From IMG/VR virus record IMGVR_UViG_3300032898_000001, positions 31,532-95,531 of that record: a DNA stretch of 64,000 nt. One strand, given 5' to 3'. Each line of letters opens with the position of its first letter. Position 1 is the stretch's first letter. Source of the DNA: a virus. The translations under genes were made by a program, and so were the position numbers. Under the pieces are notes generated by a model. It was not told the origin of the DNA and searched no databases. It saw nothing but the letters and a program-made list of their open reading frames with translations. Below, one piece after another: positions 8,383 to 19,174 of the stretch.

Positions 8383-8763
8383 ATGACCGACTTGAAGTTT
8401 GTGCCGTTCACCGAGGAGAACGACTGGGAGGGTGAGACCTGGCGGTTCTGGCTGCAGCTCACCGGCAACGAGGCCGAGATCGAGAAGCTCGGCAACCTGC
8501 TGATCAAGCAGGCGACCGGCGAGGACGGGGAGAAGCGCGAGATCCCGTACTCGATCGACCTCAGTGACGAGCTCACCGAGGCCGAGGTCGACCTGCTCGT
8601 GGACCACGCCCACGGCACCAGCTACATGAGCAGCGAGACCAAGGTCACGGGCACGTTCACGTGCCCCGAGGGCCCCGACGTGCACGCGGACCAGGACGAC
8701 GGGGACGACGACCCGTTCTACAAGGGCGGCATCACCGAGCTCTTCACGACGGGAGACCGATGA
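8383..8763 (+). CDS. Hypothetical acidic protein
   Basis: AGGAG RBS; MTDLKFVPFTEENDWEGETW. Confidence 0.75.
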   Translation: MTDLKFVPFTEENDWEGETWRFWLQLTGNEAEIEKLGNLLIKQATGEDGEKREIPYSIDLSDELTEAEVDLLVDHAHGTSYMSSETKVTGTFTCPEGPDVHADQDDGDDDPFYKGGITELFTTGDR

Positions 8764-9038
8764 GCCACGGCCAGCACGTCGGGATCCTCGTCGCCGCGGT
8801 GGAGCGGCGCCTGCAGGACTTCGGCGCCGCGTACGAGGGCGCGAAGCGGTGGTACGTCGACGAGAACGTCGTCGACTGCGATCTCGATCTCTTCCTGGAG
8901 GTCGTGACCGCCGCCCTGGAGGGAGCGGTCGCGGACCTGTCGAAGGTCGAGTGCCCCGCCGCGGGCTGCGCCTTCTCGTTCGTGGGACCGGCCGCGAACC
9001 GAGACGTGGTGACTCACTACCTCGAGAGCCACCCGTGA
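8760..9038 (+). CDS. Hypothetical protein
   Basis: ATGA-coupled ORF. Confidence 0.65.
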   Translation: MSHGQHVGILVAAVERRLQDFGAAYEGAKRWYVDENVVDCDLDLFLEVVTAALEGAVADLSKVECPAAGCAFSFVGPAANRDVVTHYLESHP

Positions 9039-9379
9039 AGGGCCTTCCCGCGACGTGCCGGAGCTGCGGCCAGGGTCCGCTCGTGGCGGACCGCCGGGCC
9101 GCGGCGCGGGAGGGCCTCCTGTGTCACCGCGGCCGCGGCCTGTGCCGGCCCTGCTACGACCACGAGTGCCGGTTCGGGGACGTGACCCGGTGGGGGCGCC
9201 TGAGCTTCACCCGGGAGGAGGTCCTGGCCGAGTACGCGGTCCTGAGACCGCTCGGCTTGACGCACCGCGAGATCGCGCGGCGCCTGGGCATGAGCCTCGA
9301 CGCCCTCGGGCAGGCCCTGACCCGGGCGCGGCGCGCCGAGAGACAACGAGAGCAACCGAAAGAGAGGGAGGCGGCCTGA
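9035..9379 (+). CDS. Zn-finger plus HTH DNA-binding protein
   Basis: CRSC..GRGLCRPCY; GLTHREIARRLGMSLDALGQAL. Confidence 0.75.
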   Translation: MKGLPATCRSCGQGPLVADRRAAAREGLLCHRGRGLCRPCYDHECRFGDVTRWGRLSFTREEVLAEYAVLRPLGLTHREIARRLGMSLDALGQALTRARRAERQREQPKEREAA

Positions 9380-9645
9380 TGCTGCTGTCGACCACGTACC
9401 AGATCCTCGAGAACCAGACCAAGTCGCTGAAGCGTGAGCTGAACGACCAGCTGGCCGCGGGGAGCCTGGAGGACGAGGACCGCGAGATGTTCGAGCGGGT
9501 CCTGAACGGCCTCACGGCCTTCACGCTCTGGACCGAGCGCCGAGCCCTCGAGGCCAACATCAAGGCCAGGGAGACCGCCCTGGCCGAGCTGAAGCTGCAG
9601 CTTCACGACCACCGAGAGCTCTTTGAAAGGAAGATGAACCCGTGA
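9379..9645 (+). CDS. Hypothetical coiled-coil protein
   Basis: GGAGG RBS, coupled ORF. Confidence 0.65.
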   Translation: MLLSTTYQILENQTKSLKRELNDQLAAGSLEDEDREMFERVLNGLTAFTLWTERRALEANIKARETALAELKLQLHDHRELFERKMNP

Positions 9646-10172
9646 CCGAGACGTTCAACGTCCAGCGCAGCGCCGAGGCCCGTGACCTGGTGGACGAGAT
9701 GCGCCGCCAGCTGGAACGCTGGGGGAAGCAGTCCTACCCGCCCGGCACCAGCGAGGTGTACCGGGAGGCCTGTGACCTGGCCCGCGCCGAGTGTGACCAG
9801 GCGGAACGAGACGGGCGACTGACCTGGTTCCACATCCTCAAAGAGGAGTTCTTCGAGGTCGCCAGTGAGGAGGACGACCGCCGGCTCGAGAAGGAGCTGA
9901 TCCAGGTCATGGCCGTGTGCGGGTCGTGGCTGCGGGACCTGCGCGAGAAGCGAGGCCACCGGGGTGCTCGGGTGGGAGTTCGGAGCGGGGACCGCGTGAC
10001 CGTGGACTCGGGCCTGAACCACGACGGTCCCGTGACGGGAACGGCCGAGTTCGTCGATGAGGTGACGCTGCACGTGCGGGACGAGGTGAAGAAGGGGCTG
10101 CTGCACGTCTACGCGTGGGAGGACGTGGCGAACCTGACCGTGACGCGAGGAAGGGAGCACCAGGATGAGTGA
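9642..10172 (+). CDS. MazG-like (all-alpha) nucleotide pyrophosphohydrolase
   Basis: TWFHILKEEFFEV...KELIQVMAV..W (EExxE...ELxQ pattern). Confidence 0.7.
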   Translation: MTETFNVQRSAEARDLVDEMRRQLERWGKQSYPPGTSEVYREACDLARAECDQAERDGRLTWFHILKEEFFEVASEEDDRRLEKELIQVMAVCGSWLRDLREKRGHRGARVGVRSGDRVTVDSGLNHDGPVTGTAEFVDEVTLHVRDEVKKGLLHVYAWEDVANLTVTRGREHQDE

Positions 10173-10515
10173 CGGGAAGCAGAAGCTCGTGTCGGTGTCG
10201 GTCCACGACTGCGAGCTGCAGGTGTTCCGGGCCGGCGGGAAGGGCGGCCAGCACCAGAACAAGACGAGCTCCGGCGTGCGCCTGATCCACCACCCGTCGG
10301 GGGCCCGCGGCGAGTCCCGCGAGGAACGGAGCCAGCTGCAGAACAAGAAGAACGCGTTCCTGCGGCTGATCGAGACGCCCGCGTTCCGGGTGTGGCTCGG
10401 GAAGATGCTGCTGCAGGGCCCGCCGGCCGAGGTGGTCGTGGCGGAGGAGATGCGAGAGGAGAACCTGGTCGTGGAGGGCAAGGAGAACGGGAAGTGGGTG
10501 AGGATCGATGAGTGA
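10165..10515 (+). CDS. Stand-alone peptide chain release factor (RF-1/GGQ) domain, peptidyl-tRNA hydrolase-like
   Basis: FRAGGKGGQHQNKTSSGVRLIHHPSG..SREERSQLQNK. Confidence 0.92.
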   Translation: MSDGKQKLVSVSVHDCELQVFRAGGKGGQHQNKTSSGVRLIHHPSGARGESREERSQLQNKKNAFLRLIETPAFRVWLGKMLLQGPPAEVVVAEEMREENLVVEGKENGKWVRIDE

Positions 10516-11014
10516 CGAGACACACCTCGACGCGGACGGCTGGTGCACGTGCGTCGGGCACCAGCGCCTGAAGCGAGAAGCGGCAGCGGCCGAGGACGAG
10601 CGAGAGCTCGTGGCCCGGGAGGCGCTGGGCCGCGCCCGGAGGCTGCTCGACGAGACCCGGGCGGCGCTCCGCGGTGACGTGGAGCGCCGGTTCGAGGCCC
10701 TGGCCCGAGAGATCCTGGGCGAGACGGCCGGTTCACCGGCCAGTGGGATCCGCAAGGTGCTGCTGTTCGCGCCGAGCTACTACACCGCGAGGGAGATGGC
10801 CCGGGAGGCGGGGCTGGGGCCGCACCAGGTGATGTACGTGCACACCCTCTCGCAGCTGTGGGGCCTGACCGGCCAGCGGTACCGCTACCTGGCCTGGGAG
10901 GACCGTTACCACATCCCGCCGGAGATGCTACTGCAGCTTCTGCACCACGAGATCAAGAGGGTGACGCCGGAGGAGCTGGCGGACCTCACCAACCGAAACG
11001 GAGAGACGACATGA
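10508..11014 (+). CDS. Hypothetical protein
   Basis: Coupled ORF in operon. Confidence 0.65.
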   Translation: MSDETHLDADGWCTCVGHQRLKREAAAAEDERELVAREALGRARRLLDETRAALRGDVERRFEALAREILGETAGSPASGIRKVLLFAPSYYTAREMAREAGLGPHQVMYVHTLSQLWGLTGQRYRYLAWEDRYHIPPEMLLQLLHHEIKRVTPEELADLTNRNGETT

Positions 11015-11316
11015 AGATCACGATCACGGTGGAGCGCCAGATGGGCGACCACCAGGCGGTGACGCAGGAGCTGGAGTGGGGCGACTCCAACTTCGAGTGG
11101 CACGAGATCACCACTCGCGGGGCCACGCTGCTGCACGCGGTCGCCTGCAAGTTCGGTGACGTGAACCGCCGGCCGAGCACCTGGCCCGGCGAGCGAGGGA
11201 TGGGAACCGGAGAGCGGGGCGTTCCCGTGGAGATCGGCGACGTGCAGGCGGAGCTCGAGCGGTTGCAGCGCCAGCAGCAACGGGGCGCGCGGCCGCAGGA
11301 CCGGCCGGGCCGATGA
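11011..11316 (+). CDS. Hypothetical protein
   Basis: GGAG RBS, ATGA overlap. Confidence 0.65.
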   Translation: MKITITVERQMGDHQAVTQELEWGDSNFEWHEITTRGATLLHAVACKFGDVNRRPSTWPGERGMGTGERGVPVEIGDVQAELERLQRQQQRGARPQDRPGR

Positions 11317-11561
11317 GCGGGCGGCTCCGGCCGGGGCGCGAGAAAAAGAGCTACCGCGACGTGATCGAGCTCGGGAGGCGGTACGGCTACGAGCTCGTGG
11401 GCTACACGGGCGCCGGGCACCTCCGGCTCGTGCACCCCGTGGCCGGGACGGTCTTCGCCCCGTCGACGCCGTCGGACCGCCGCGGGCTACGGAACGTGGC
11501 GCAGAAGCTGCGGCAGCGACTCCGCGAGAGCGGGGTCACGGAACCAGAAACGAGGAACTGA
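11313..11561 (+). CDS. HicA-like (dsRBD-fold) mRNA interferase homologue
   Basis: GYELVGYTGAGHLRLVHP..TVFAPSTPSDRRGLRN. Confidence 0.7.
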   Translation: MSGRLRPGREKKSYRDVIELGRRYGYELVGYTGAGHLRLVHPVAGTVFAPSTPSDRRGLRNVAQKLRQRLRESGVTEPETRN

Positions 11562-11884
11562 ACTTGGAGATCATTCACGTCGTCATCGGCGGAGCTCAGA
11601 CCCAGCTCGTGCTCCGAGAGGGCACCCAGCTGAGCGTCCTTCAGCTAGACCTCGCTGAGACGGAGGTACTGATGAACGTGCTGCGGCTGGCGCTGAACAA
11701 GATGACCAACAAGGAGTTCCCGATGCCCGCTGACCTCGACGTGCGCTGGCCGATGACGCTCGACGTGAGGTGATGGCCATTCGAAACGAGGGAGGTAGAG
11801 TATCGCTACCTGAGGTGAACCGGAACGAGGGGAAAAGATCATGAACGCTCGTTTTGGTTGCCTCGCAACAACTTCGTGATATAG

Positions 11885-11921
11885 AACGACCCGGAAGCGG
11901 GTAAGCTTCCGGGTCGTTTTT
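11885..11921 (+). terminator. Intrinsic terminator
   Basis: AACGACCCGGAAGC / GCTTCCGGGTCGTT perfect 14-bp stem followed by T run. Confidence 0.75.
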
Positions 11922-11985
11922 GTCTGTGATACCGGGTAGGAGCCGGTATGAGATCGTACTTCCATCGACGAGGTAGGACTATACC

Positions 11986-14556
11986 ATGACGGACGCCCAG
12001 ACGGACAGCTCGCCGTACCTGGAGGCCGAGACGGCCGTCGCGCACATCCCCGACGACTTCCAGTTCACGTTCGGGTGGTGGCACAACGCCGAGATCAGCC
12101 GCAAGCAGGTGATCGGCGGCCAGAAGATCGACAAGACCGCGTACCACAAGCACCTCTCTCACGGCGGGTCGTACGACCAGTTCCAGTACGGGACCGAGAA
12201 GCCGATGCCGCAGGGGTTTGGTGGGAAGTGCGCCCACGAGGGCCACGACGAGCACGGTCACCAGCGCGCCGTCATCTGCGCGCGGCAGACGCACCTGTTC
12301 GTGGTCGACGTCGACGACCCGATCAACTACGCCCTGACCCAGACCGCGGAGCTGCTCGGCAAGGACCAGGCGATGACGACCCGCGGGGTCGGGTTCCACG
12401 TCTACGTCTACGTGCCCCCCGAGCTCATGGGGCAGTGGCCGACGCAGGGCCCGATCGCGGGCGGTGACATCAAGGCGAACGGGTTCGTGCCCGCCCCGCT
12501 GACCGTGCACTACACCGGCCACAAGTACGAGCTGCGGCCCGGCGCCGCGGTCGTGGTCGCGACCTCGCAGCTCCTGGCCGCGGTGAACGCGGACCGCCAG
12601 GCCCGGCGGCTCGCGAACGGTCCCGGCGGGGAGCGCGGGGACGGCAACGACCCCGAGCTCTTCAGCTACTGCGGGGCCCTGTACGCCGCGAACCCGGCGG
12701 ACAAGGAGGGCGCCTGGGAGATGTGGCTGCGGAAGGCGATGAGCCTCCCGCTGTCGGACCCGACGTGGCCGTGGTCGGAGGCGGACCGGGACCGGTTCGA
12801 GCACCACTGGTCGTACTGCGAGCAGGCGCACGCCGTGAACCACCCGCCGGTGAGCTCGCCGTTTCTCCCGCCCGTCGTGACCGTGACGGCGCCCGTCCCG
12901 CACCTGCCGGTGCCGAGCGTCGCCGTGAAGCCGGGAGGGGGAGGGACGGCGGTGCCCGCCCCGCCGCAGCCCCCGGTGGTGAGCGCGGCGCCCGTGGCTC
13001 CCTCGCTCGCTCCCTCGCTGCCCGAGGTGGTGACGGTGGCCGACATCACGGAGGCGGCTCCCGTGACCGAGGGAGGGACTCAGGCCGCCAGGAAGGGCGA
13101 CGACGCGGCGTCGGTCGCGGAACCGGACTGGACGGCGCTGGACGCGGCCGGGACGCCGGAGGACCCGCTGACCGCGGTCCGGCGGTTTGAGCCGTGCTGG
13201 CGAGACGACGAGGAGAACTTGACGCTGCGGGCGTGGCGCGGGGCGTGGGTCGGGTGGACGGGCACGCACTGGGCGGAGGTGGAGGAGGCGGCGCTGCGGG
13301 CCTGGATCTACCCGCGAGTGGAGCACGCCCGGTGGTCGAAGAAGACCGCCAAGGGCGAGATCAAGATGCCGTGGGCGCCGACCCGGGCGAAGGTGACGAA
13401 CGTCCTGGACGCGATGGCCGCGACCTGGCACCTCGACTCGGCGGTGGAGCAGCCGGCGTGGCTGGACGGGCGGCAGGAGATGGAGCTGATCTCGCTGCGG
13501 AACGCGCTGGTGAACCCGGTCACGCGACAAGAGCACCCGCACACGGCCGCGTACTTCACGGGCTACTCGCTCCCGTTCGACCACGACCCGGGGGCGGGCT
13601 GCCCGCGGTGGGACGCGTTCCTGGCGTCGGTGTTCCCGGGGGACGCGGAGAGCGCGGCTCTTCTTCAGGAGTGGTTCGGGTACGTGATCTCGGGACGGAC
13701 GGACCTGCAGAAGATGCTCTTTCTCGTCGGCGCGAGCCGGTCGGGGAAGGGAACGGTCGCGCGGACCCTGACGTCGCTGATCGGGAAGGCGAACGTGGCG
13801 GCACCGACCATGCACAACCTGTCGACTAACTTCGGGCTGTCGTCGCTCATCGGAAAGTCACTCGCGGTAATTGGAGACGCGCGGACGTCGGCGAAGACCG
13901 ACACGCAGCTCATCATCGAGCGGCTGCTGATGATCACGGGTGAGGACAGCATCGACGTCGACCGGAAGAACCGGGCGATCTGGACGGGGAAGCTGCCGAC
14001 GCGGGTCACGATGCTCAGCAACGACCTGCCCTCGTTCCGGGACTCGAGCGGGGCGATCGTGAACCGCATGCTCGTGCTCAAGTTCACGCAGTCGTTCCTG
14101 GGCCGGGAGGATCTGGACCTGGAACCGGAGCTGCAGGGAGAGCTGTCGGGAATCTTCAACTGGGCGCTGGTGGGACTGGAACGGATCAACCGGGTACGGC
14201 GGTTCACGACGCCGGCCGCGAGCCAAGAGATCATCAAGGAGATGGAGGAGTACGCGAGCCCGATCTCGGTGTTCCTCGCGGAGAAGTGTGAGGTCGGAGA
14301 CGGGTACTGGGTGTCGCGGGATGACCTGTTCACGGCGTGGCTGCTGTGGAACGGGGACGCGGTGAAGGACGGGCAGGCGGCGAGGACGTGGTTCGGTCGC
14401 TCGTTGCACGCCGCGGTGCCCAGTCTCGGAGACACGACGGGGCGGACGAGAGGGTACAACGGGGTGCGGTTGAGGCCGGGAAACGCCACGTTCATCGCGG
14501 GGCTGAGAGGGACCGGAGAGGTCGTCAGGGAGCTGCCGAAACGAGAGGGAATCTAG
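11986..14556 (+). CDS. Bifunctional primase-polymerase / D5-like SF3 helicase
   Basis: N-term VVDVDD..GFHVY..DIKANGFV; Pro-rich linker; C-term CPRWDAFL, GASRSGKGT, SNDLP. Confidence 0.92.
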   Translation: MTDAQTDSSPYLEAETAVAHIPDDFQFTFGWWHNAEISRKQVIGGQKIDKTAYHKHLSHGGSYDQFQYGTEKPMPQGFGGKCAHEGHDEHGHQRAVICARQTHLFVVDVDDPINYALTQTAELLGKDQAMTTRGVGFHVYVYVPPELMGQWPTQGPIAGGDIKANGFVPAPLTVHYTGHKYELRPGAAVVVATSQLLAAVNADRQARRLANGPGGERGDGNDPELFSYCGALYAANPADKEGAWEMWLRKAMSLPLSDPTWPWSEADRDRFEHHWSYCEQAHAVNHPPVSSPFLPPVVTVTAPVPHLPVPSVAVKPGGGGTAVPAPPQPPVVSAAPVAPSLAPSLPEVVTVADITEAAPVTEGGTQAARKGDDAASVAEPDWTALDAAGTPEDPLTAVRRFEPCWRDDEENLTLRAWRGAWVGWTGTHWAEVEEAALRAWIYPRVEHARWSKKTAKGEIKMPWAPTRAKVTNVLDAMAATWHLDSAVEQPAWLDGRQEMELISLRNALVNPVTRQEHPHTAAYFTGYSLPFDHDPGAGCPRWDAFLASVFPGDAESAALLQEWFGYVISGRTDLQKMLFLVGASRSGKGTVARTLTSLIGKANVAAPTMHNLSTNFGLSSLIGKSLAVIGDARTSAKTDTQLIIERLLMITGEDSIDVDRKNRAIWTGKLPTRVTMLSNDLPSFRDSSGAIVNRMLVLKFTQSFLGREDLDLEPELQGELSGIFNWALVGLERINRVRRFTTPAASQEIIKEMEEYASPISVFLAEKCEVGDGYWVSRDDLFTAWLLWNGDAVKDGQAARTWFGRSLHAAVPSLGDTTGRTRGYNGVRLRPGNATFIAGLRGTGEVVRELPKREGI

Positions 14557-14873
14557 GTGCTACATCGGGGGAGTTTAGGTGTTACCTGTGGGTAGATCGA
14601 CATTGTTGAACGTTCAATCGGGTAACAGCTAAAATGTCCGATTGTAACAGCCTGTAGCAGCTAAGGTAGCAGCTAAAGTTTGATCAATACAGGCCCTGGG
14701 ACCAGGCAAAACAGACCGATGTAGCAGCTTGTAGCAGCTAAAAGTACCGTATTCGCTCTAGTTTCAAAAAAGTGGGCATGATGTCTACAGAGAGTTACGA
14801 ATAATTACAGAGAGTAGATAGAAAATCGAGAATGGCTCGTAATAGACTTTCAGGTGCTACAGGGTGCTACACC
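14554..14873. repeat. Putative replication origin with iterons (GTARCASC)
   Basis: AT-rich non-coding gap after primase-helicase; about 10 copies of GTAGCAGC/GTAACAGC and inverted GGTGCTAC/GGTGTTAC. Confidence 0.75.
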
Positions 14874-14923
14874 TGATCTTGGAGTGATCAATAAGTGACC
14901 CGAGAAAGTGGTATGATCGTCAC

Positions 14924-15229
14924 ATGAACTGGAACGAGCGATGCCGAGCCGCGGGGGTGTCGGAGGACAGCGGCCCGTACGGCGCTACCGCTCAACGAGG
15001 ACCCGGCGACGAGACATCGGCGCTGGAGCGCCTGGTCACGTGGGCCGAGAAAAACGACCTTCGCTGGGTTCCTCACGTCGGCGTGTGCCCGTGCTGGGTG
15101 CTCGGGAAGAACCCACACGCCGGCACGTGCAAGCGCCTGGGAGTCTCGGATGAGAAGGGAGCGTGGAAGGATCACGTCTCGACGTGGTGCTCACGTTCGC
15201 GAAAGGGACGCGGGGCTCGAGAGGTGTGA
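14924..15229 (+). CDS. Hypothetical protein
   Basis: ORF right after a TGGTATGAT -10 element (possibly leaderless). Confidence 0.5.
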   Translation: MNWNERCRAAGVSEDSGPYGATAQRGPGDETSALERLVTWAEKNDLRWVPHVGVCPCWVLGKNPHAGTCKRLGVSDEKGAWKDHVSTWCSRSRKGRGAREV

Positions 15230-15430
15230 ATCGCTCAGCCGTACGTCAACGAGGAGTGGGACCCGATGGCGGAGAAAGAGATCCAGCTCCTCATCGCTCG
15301 AGGGCTCAGGGTGACGGTGACGACAGGCTGGTACCTGCCGCCTCATACCCGATGCGTTGAGGTGAGGCGTGAGGCCTGATAGAGGGGTGTGTGCGTATAC
15401 GTACACGCGTGTCCATGAAATGAGGCAGAA

Positions 15431-15865
15431 GTGAGTGAGGCGCGAGACGTGCCCGGCGAGGTGACGCTGGAGGAGGTGGAGGCGAGCGTGTGGCGGCTGC
15501 TCGCGAGCGCGAGTGAGGGGCGAGATGGATCGGGCGTGAGCGCGCGATTGGACGCGGTGCTGGTGCTGGTGAGGCGGTACGGGGAGTGCGTGGCGAGGCA
15601 GCGAGAGGTCGAGATGAGGCGCCGAGAGAGCGCCGCGGGAAAGGAAAAGGAGGGCGTGAAGCGGTGCTCGACGTGCGGGCGCGAGCTGGCCATCGCGGAG
15701 TTTCACCGCAACACGAGCCGGCCCGACGGGCGCCAGAGCCGGTGCAAGGAGTGCGCGGGAGCGGCCCGGCGAGCGCGTACGCGGGTCGCGGCGAGGCAGC
15801 GAGAGGCGGTTTCGGTTACTCTCGGTGCTCGTTTTGAGGGCGCGGGGACGGCGAACGGGGCGTGA
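15431..15865 (+). CDS. Zn-finger protein (type often found N-terminal in phage HNH/EndoVII proteins)
   Basis: KRCSTCGRELAIAEFHRNTSRPDGRQSRCKEC. Confidence 0.65.
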   Translation: MSEARDVPGEVTLEEVEASVWRLLASASEGRDGSGVSARLDAVLVLVRRYGECVARQREVEMRRRESAAGKEKEGVKRCSTCGRELAIAEFHRNTSRPDGRQSRCKECAGAARRARTRVAARQREAVSVTLGARFEGAGTANGA

Positions 15866-16806
15866 GGCACCCCTGGCTGGCCGACGGGGCCTATATCACG
15901 GTCTGTCCCGTGTGCGGGCTGGCCTGCGAGGGGGCGAGCGAGGACGAGCGGGGTACCTTATATACGCACGCGCGGCGCGACTACCCGTGTCGCCTGGCCC
16001 ACCGCCTCAACGAGTCAGGCGTCGGGTTCGACCCGGAGCTCTTTCTCGAGGCGCTGCGGCTCATCGAGAAAGGACCGTACGAGTGGTGAGGTTGCCGGCC
16101 TGGCTGCGGCGCTGGCTGAGGGTCGAGTCGCCGAGCGAGGTCTTCGCTCCGCGTCGCGGCCAGCAGCGTCACCCGGCCTGCGTGGTCGCGCCGCCCTTGG
16201 CCACGACGTCGATGACGAGCGGGACGGTCGATGAGAGCGATCTCGATCTGGCCGTGGCGGTTCGCGATGAGCGCCGCTGAGGAAGTCGACCTGTGGTGCA
16301 CGACCCACGAGCGCTGGGCGATCGGCAGCGAGCGCCACGCGGCGGGTCCCGAGCACGTCTTGGAGTGGCGAGAGCGACCGCGTGAGGGCACCCAGCTGGC
16401 CTCGATTGGACAGGTCGGATAGGATCAGCGGAGAAACGAGTTCTCGTTTTCCGCTGAAATCTCGCGAAGATCAAAGAACCAGGCCATCAGCCTGGCTTTT
16501 TTGGCTCATCGGGTCCGTCGAGCCAGCTCGTCGAGGACCGCGTCCGCCGCGGCGGGGGACAGGATCGGCAGCTCCCGCTTCAGCAGGTCCTGCACCACGG
16601 TGATCACGAGCTGGGTACGGGTGCGGCGCGAGGTGAAGGCGCCCGCGTGGCGCTTGACGAGGCGCGCGGCGTCGTTGAAGAGAGCGTCGACGACCTGGCG
16701 GGCGGCCTGGTTGAGAGTCTGGTCCGACATCGGAAGCTCCTGTTCTGCGGTGGTAGGATCATTCTATGTCGTTTTTGCACAGAAGTACACAGCTCTAGCA
16801 CAGAAA

Positions 16807-16838
16807 AGAGGGCCCCTCGCTTTGCTGAGAGGCCCTCT
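16807..16838 (-). terminator. Intrinsic terminator
   Basis: AGAGGGCC..GGCCCTCT hairpin with T run on minus strand, downstream of 16871..17482. Confidence 0.6.
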
Positions 16839-19174
16839 CGTTCAGTTTGATCTTACGTGCACCTTCGCCGCTAGAGCTTCTTCGCCCAGCGCCAGACCTT
16901 CACCCACAGGCGAGTGAGAACCTCCTCGTTGAGGACCTCGTCGCTCTCGAGGAACGCGACGAGCTCCTGGCGGGTCGTGTCCTTCCCGATCACGAGCTTG
17001 GGCTTGTCCTGGCCGGCCAGGTGCCGGGCCTGGTCCTCGGTGAGCTTGACCGTGAGGGCCAGCCGACCGTCGAACGTGCGCCCCGCCTCGAGGTTGCCGG
17101 CGTTCACGTAGTGGTGGGGGAACGAGGCACTCGACACCGGGCCCTCCACGAGCACCTCCACGCTCTCGCGCGTGGGCTTGACGGGAGCCTGGCGAGGCAG
17201 CTTCTCCAGGTCGCGGTCCGCGAGCTCGACGTGCGCGTCCTCCGTAAGCGACGGGCCGCGGAACGTGCCCGTGAGGTGCGTCTCGACGACGGGATTGTGC
17301 CGGACGATGACGGGCAGGGCCTGGCCCTCCCGCAGGCACGTGATCGTCGCGTCGTCGAGCAGCTCCTCGACGAGGTGAGCGGCGTGGCTGGCGCGAGCCC
17401 GCGGGTCGTGGTGACTCGGCACGTACGCGTCGAACTCGTTGTGGAGGAGCAGCTCGAGGCGCTGTTTCAGCTGGTCGTCCATCAGGAGAAGTCCCCCGCC
17501 TCGGCCTCGTCGCCGTAGCTGGGGTTGTCGTCGATCGCGGCGTCCTGCCAGGCGGCCGGTGCGGCGCTGAGGTACGCGGGAACGGGCTCGTCGGCGTCAT
17601 GGTTCTTCTCGCGCCAGGTCTCCACGACCACGCTCACGACGTGGCGCGAGTTGAAGGCGCTGAAGTCGCCGTTCGGGAGCTCGAGGTTGATCCCCTGCAC
17701 GCCCTCGTTGAGGATCTCGGCCATCCGCTGGGCCGTCTCGGCGGTCACCCCGTCGACCTCCTTCCAGGCGCTCTTCACGGCGTGGCCGGTGACGAGGTGC
17801 ACGACGCTGCGCTGCTTGATCATCTGGTTCCTTCTTCCGGTTCGGTCTGTCTTCCTGGCCTGGCTGAGCCAGTCTATCACAGAACTGTGCAAATGTACAC
17901 AAAATCAGGCGGTGAAGTCGGCGCTCTCGTCCTCGAGGGTCGCGAGGATCTCCCAGCCCCGTGGCCAACACCGCCGGCACCGCTGAGCGCGCACGCGCCG
18001 CGTGTGGTCCGCCAGCAGGCGGCGAGCGAGCACCTGCGAGAAACCGCCGTAGGTGACGTAGTCGTTGCCGGCGCGCCGCTCCAGGCGAGAGGCGCGGCGG
18101 TCCAGGCGGATCAGCTTCTTCTCGTGGCCGCGGTTCTTGCGTCCCATGATCAATTTCCCGTCAGGGTCGAGAGCGAGGGCGTGGTCAAGACCAGGGACAG
18201 GATCACGATGGCCATGGCCACGCCGATGACGGCCAGGCGCGGGCCCGGCTTCTTCGGTGGGAGGGGCTCACGCTCAACGTGGAGCTCCTCCCACCAGTGC
18301 GGGTAGGCGTTGTGGCGGTTGCGTGGGAGCACCCGTTGATCATATCGGGTGTGACGAGTGACACGATGGCCGGCCATCAGTCGTCTCCCAACACCGTGAT
18401 CGAGATGGCCTCCTGCTCGAGCACCGTCGCGGTGCAGATCCGGTCCTGCGCCTCGGTCGACAGCTCACGCCACTCCTTCCGCGGGATGCCCGTGTCGAGC
18501 TCCACGCGGAACCGGACGGCGTGGAAGCTCGTCACGCGGAGCTTGATCGTCTCGTTCTCGTACGCCTCGTCCTGCTCGGCCTCCTCTTGCAGGGCGGCGT
18601 GCAGGGACGCGTTGAGCTCCGCGGCGGTGGGGCGGTTGACCTCGCGGATCGCCGCCCGCACCGCGGGGTCGCTGTACGTGTTCTCGTCGCTCATGCCGTC
18701 TCCACCACGTCGAGCTCGGTCACGGTCCCGCTCTCATCGACGCTCGCGGCACCCATCACGAAGGCGTAGAGCACCGTCCCCATCACGTTCTTGATGGTCA
18801 CCTGGCCTTCCCCGTACACCTCGACCACGAGGCCCACGTCGGCCAGGTGCACGTCCGTGCTCTCGTTCTCGCGGAGCTCGTTGCTGTAGCTCATGATCAG
18901 TCCTCGTCTCGGGTCGGCTCGGTCGTGTAGAACTCGTCGGTGAGGGAGTCGAAGGGCTCGCTCTCGGTCTCGTCCTGGCTGGCCCACAGGGCCCGGCGGT
19001 ACGCGGCGGCGCGGTCCACGGCTCAGCGCTCCTTCGCGTTGTGGATGAGGCCGATGACGATCAGAATCGCGATGAGGCTGGCGCCTACGATGAGCGCGAC
19101 CGGCGAGAAGTAGAGGGTCTCGAGCAAGTGGATCATCGTGGGCCTCTTCCTGGTTCCGTGTTCCTGATAGCTTA

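Noticed and set aside
10165-10515. Stop-codon reassignment suggested by the release-factor gene and tRNAs
   Set aside because: No suppressor anticodons; genes end normally at TGA/TAG; the capsid TGA is explained by the intron
11839-13815. Long antisense ORFs (also 37390-39654, 42592-44418, 51509-54205, 60082-63198)
   Set aside because: Shadow frames of high-GC3 genes on the opposite strand; no motifs or RBS
15431-15865. HNH homing endonuclease
   Set aside because: Only the N-terminal zinc-finger-like part is present; no HNH/EndoVII catalytic motif
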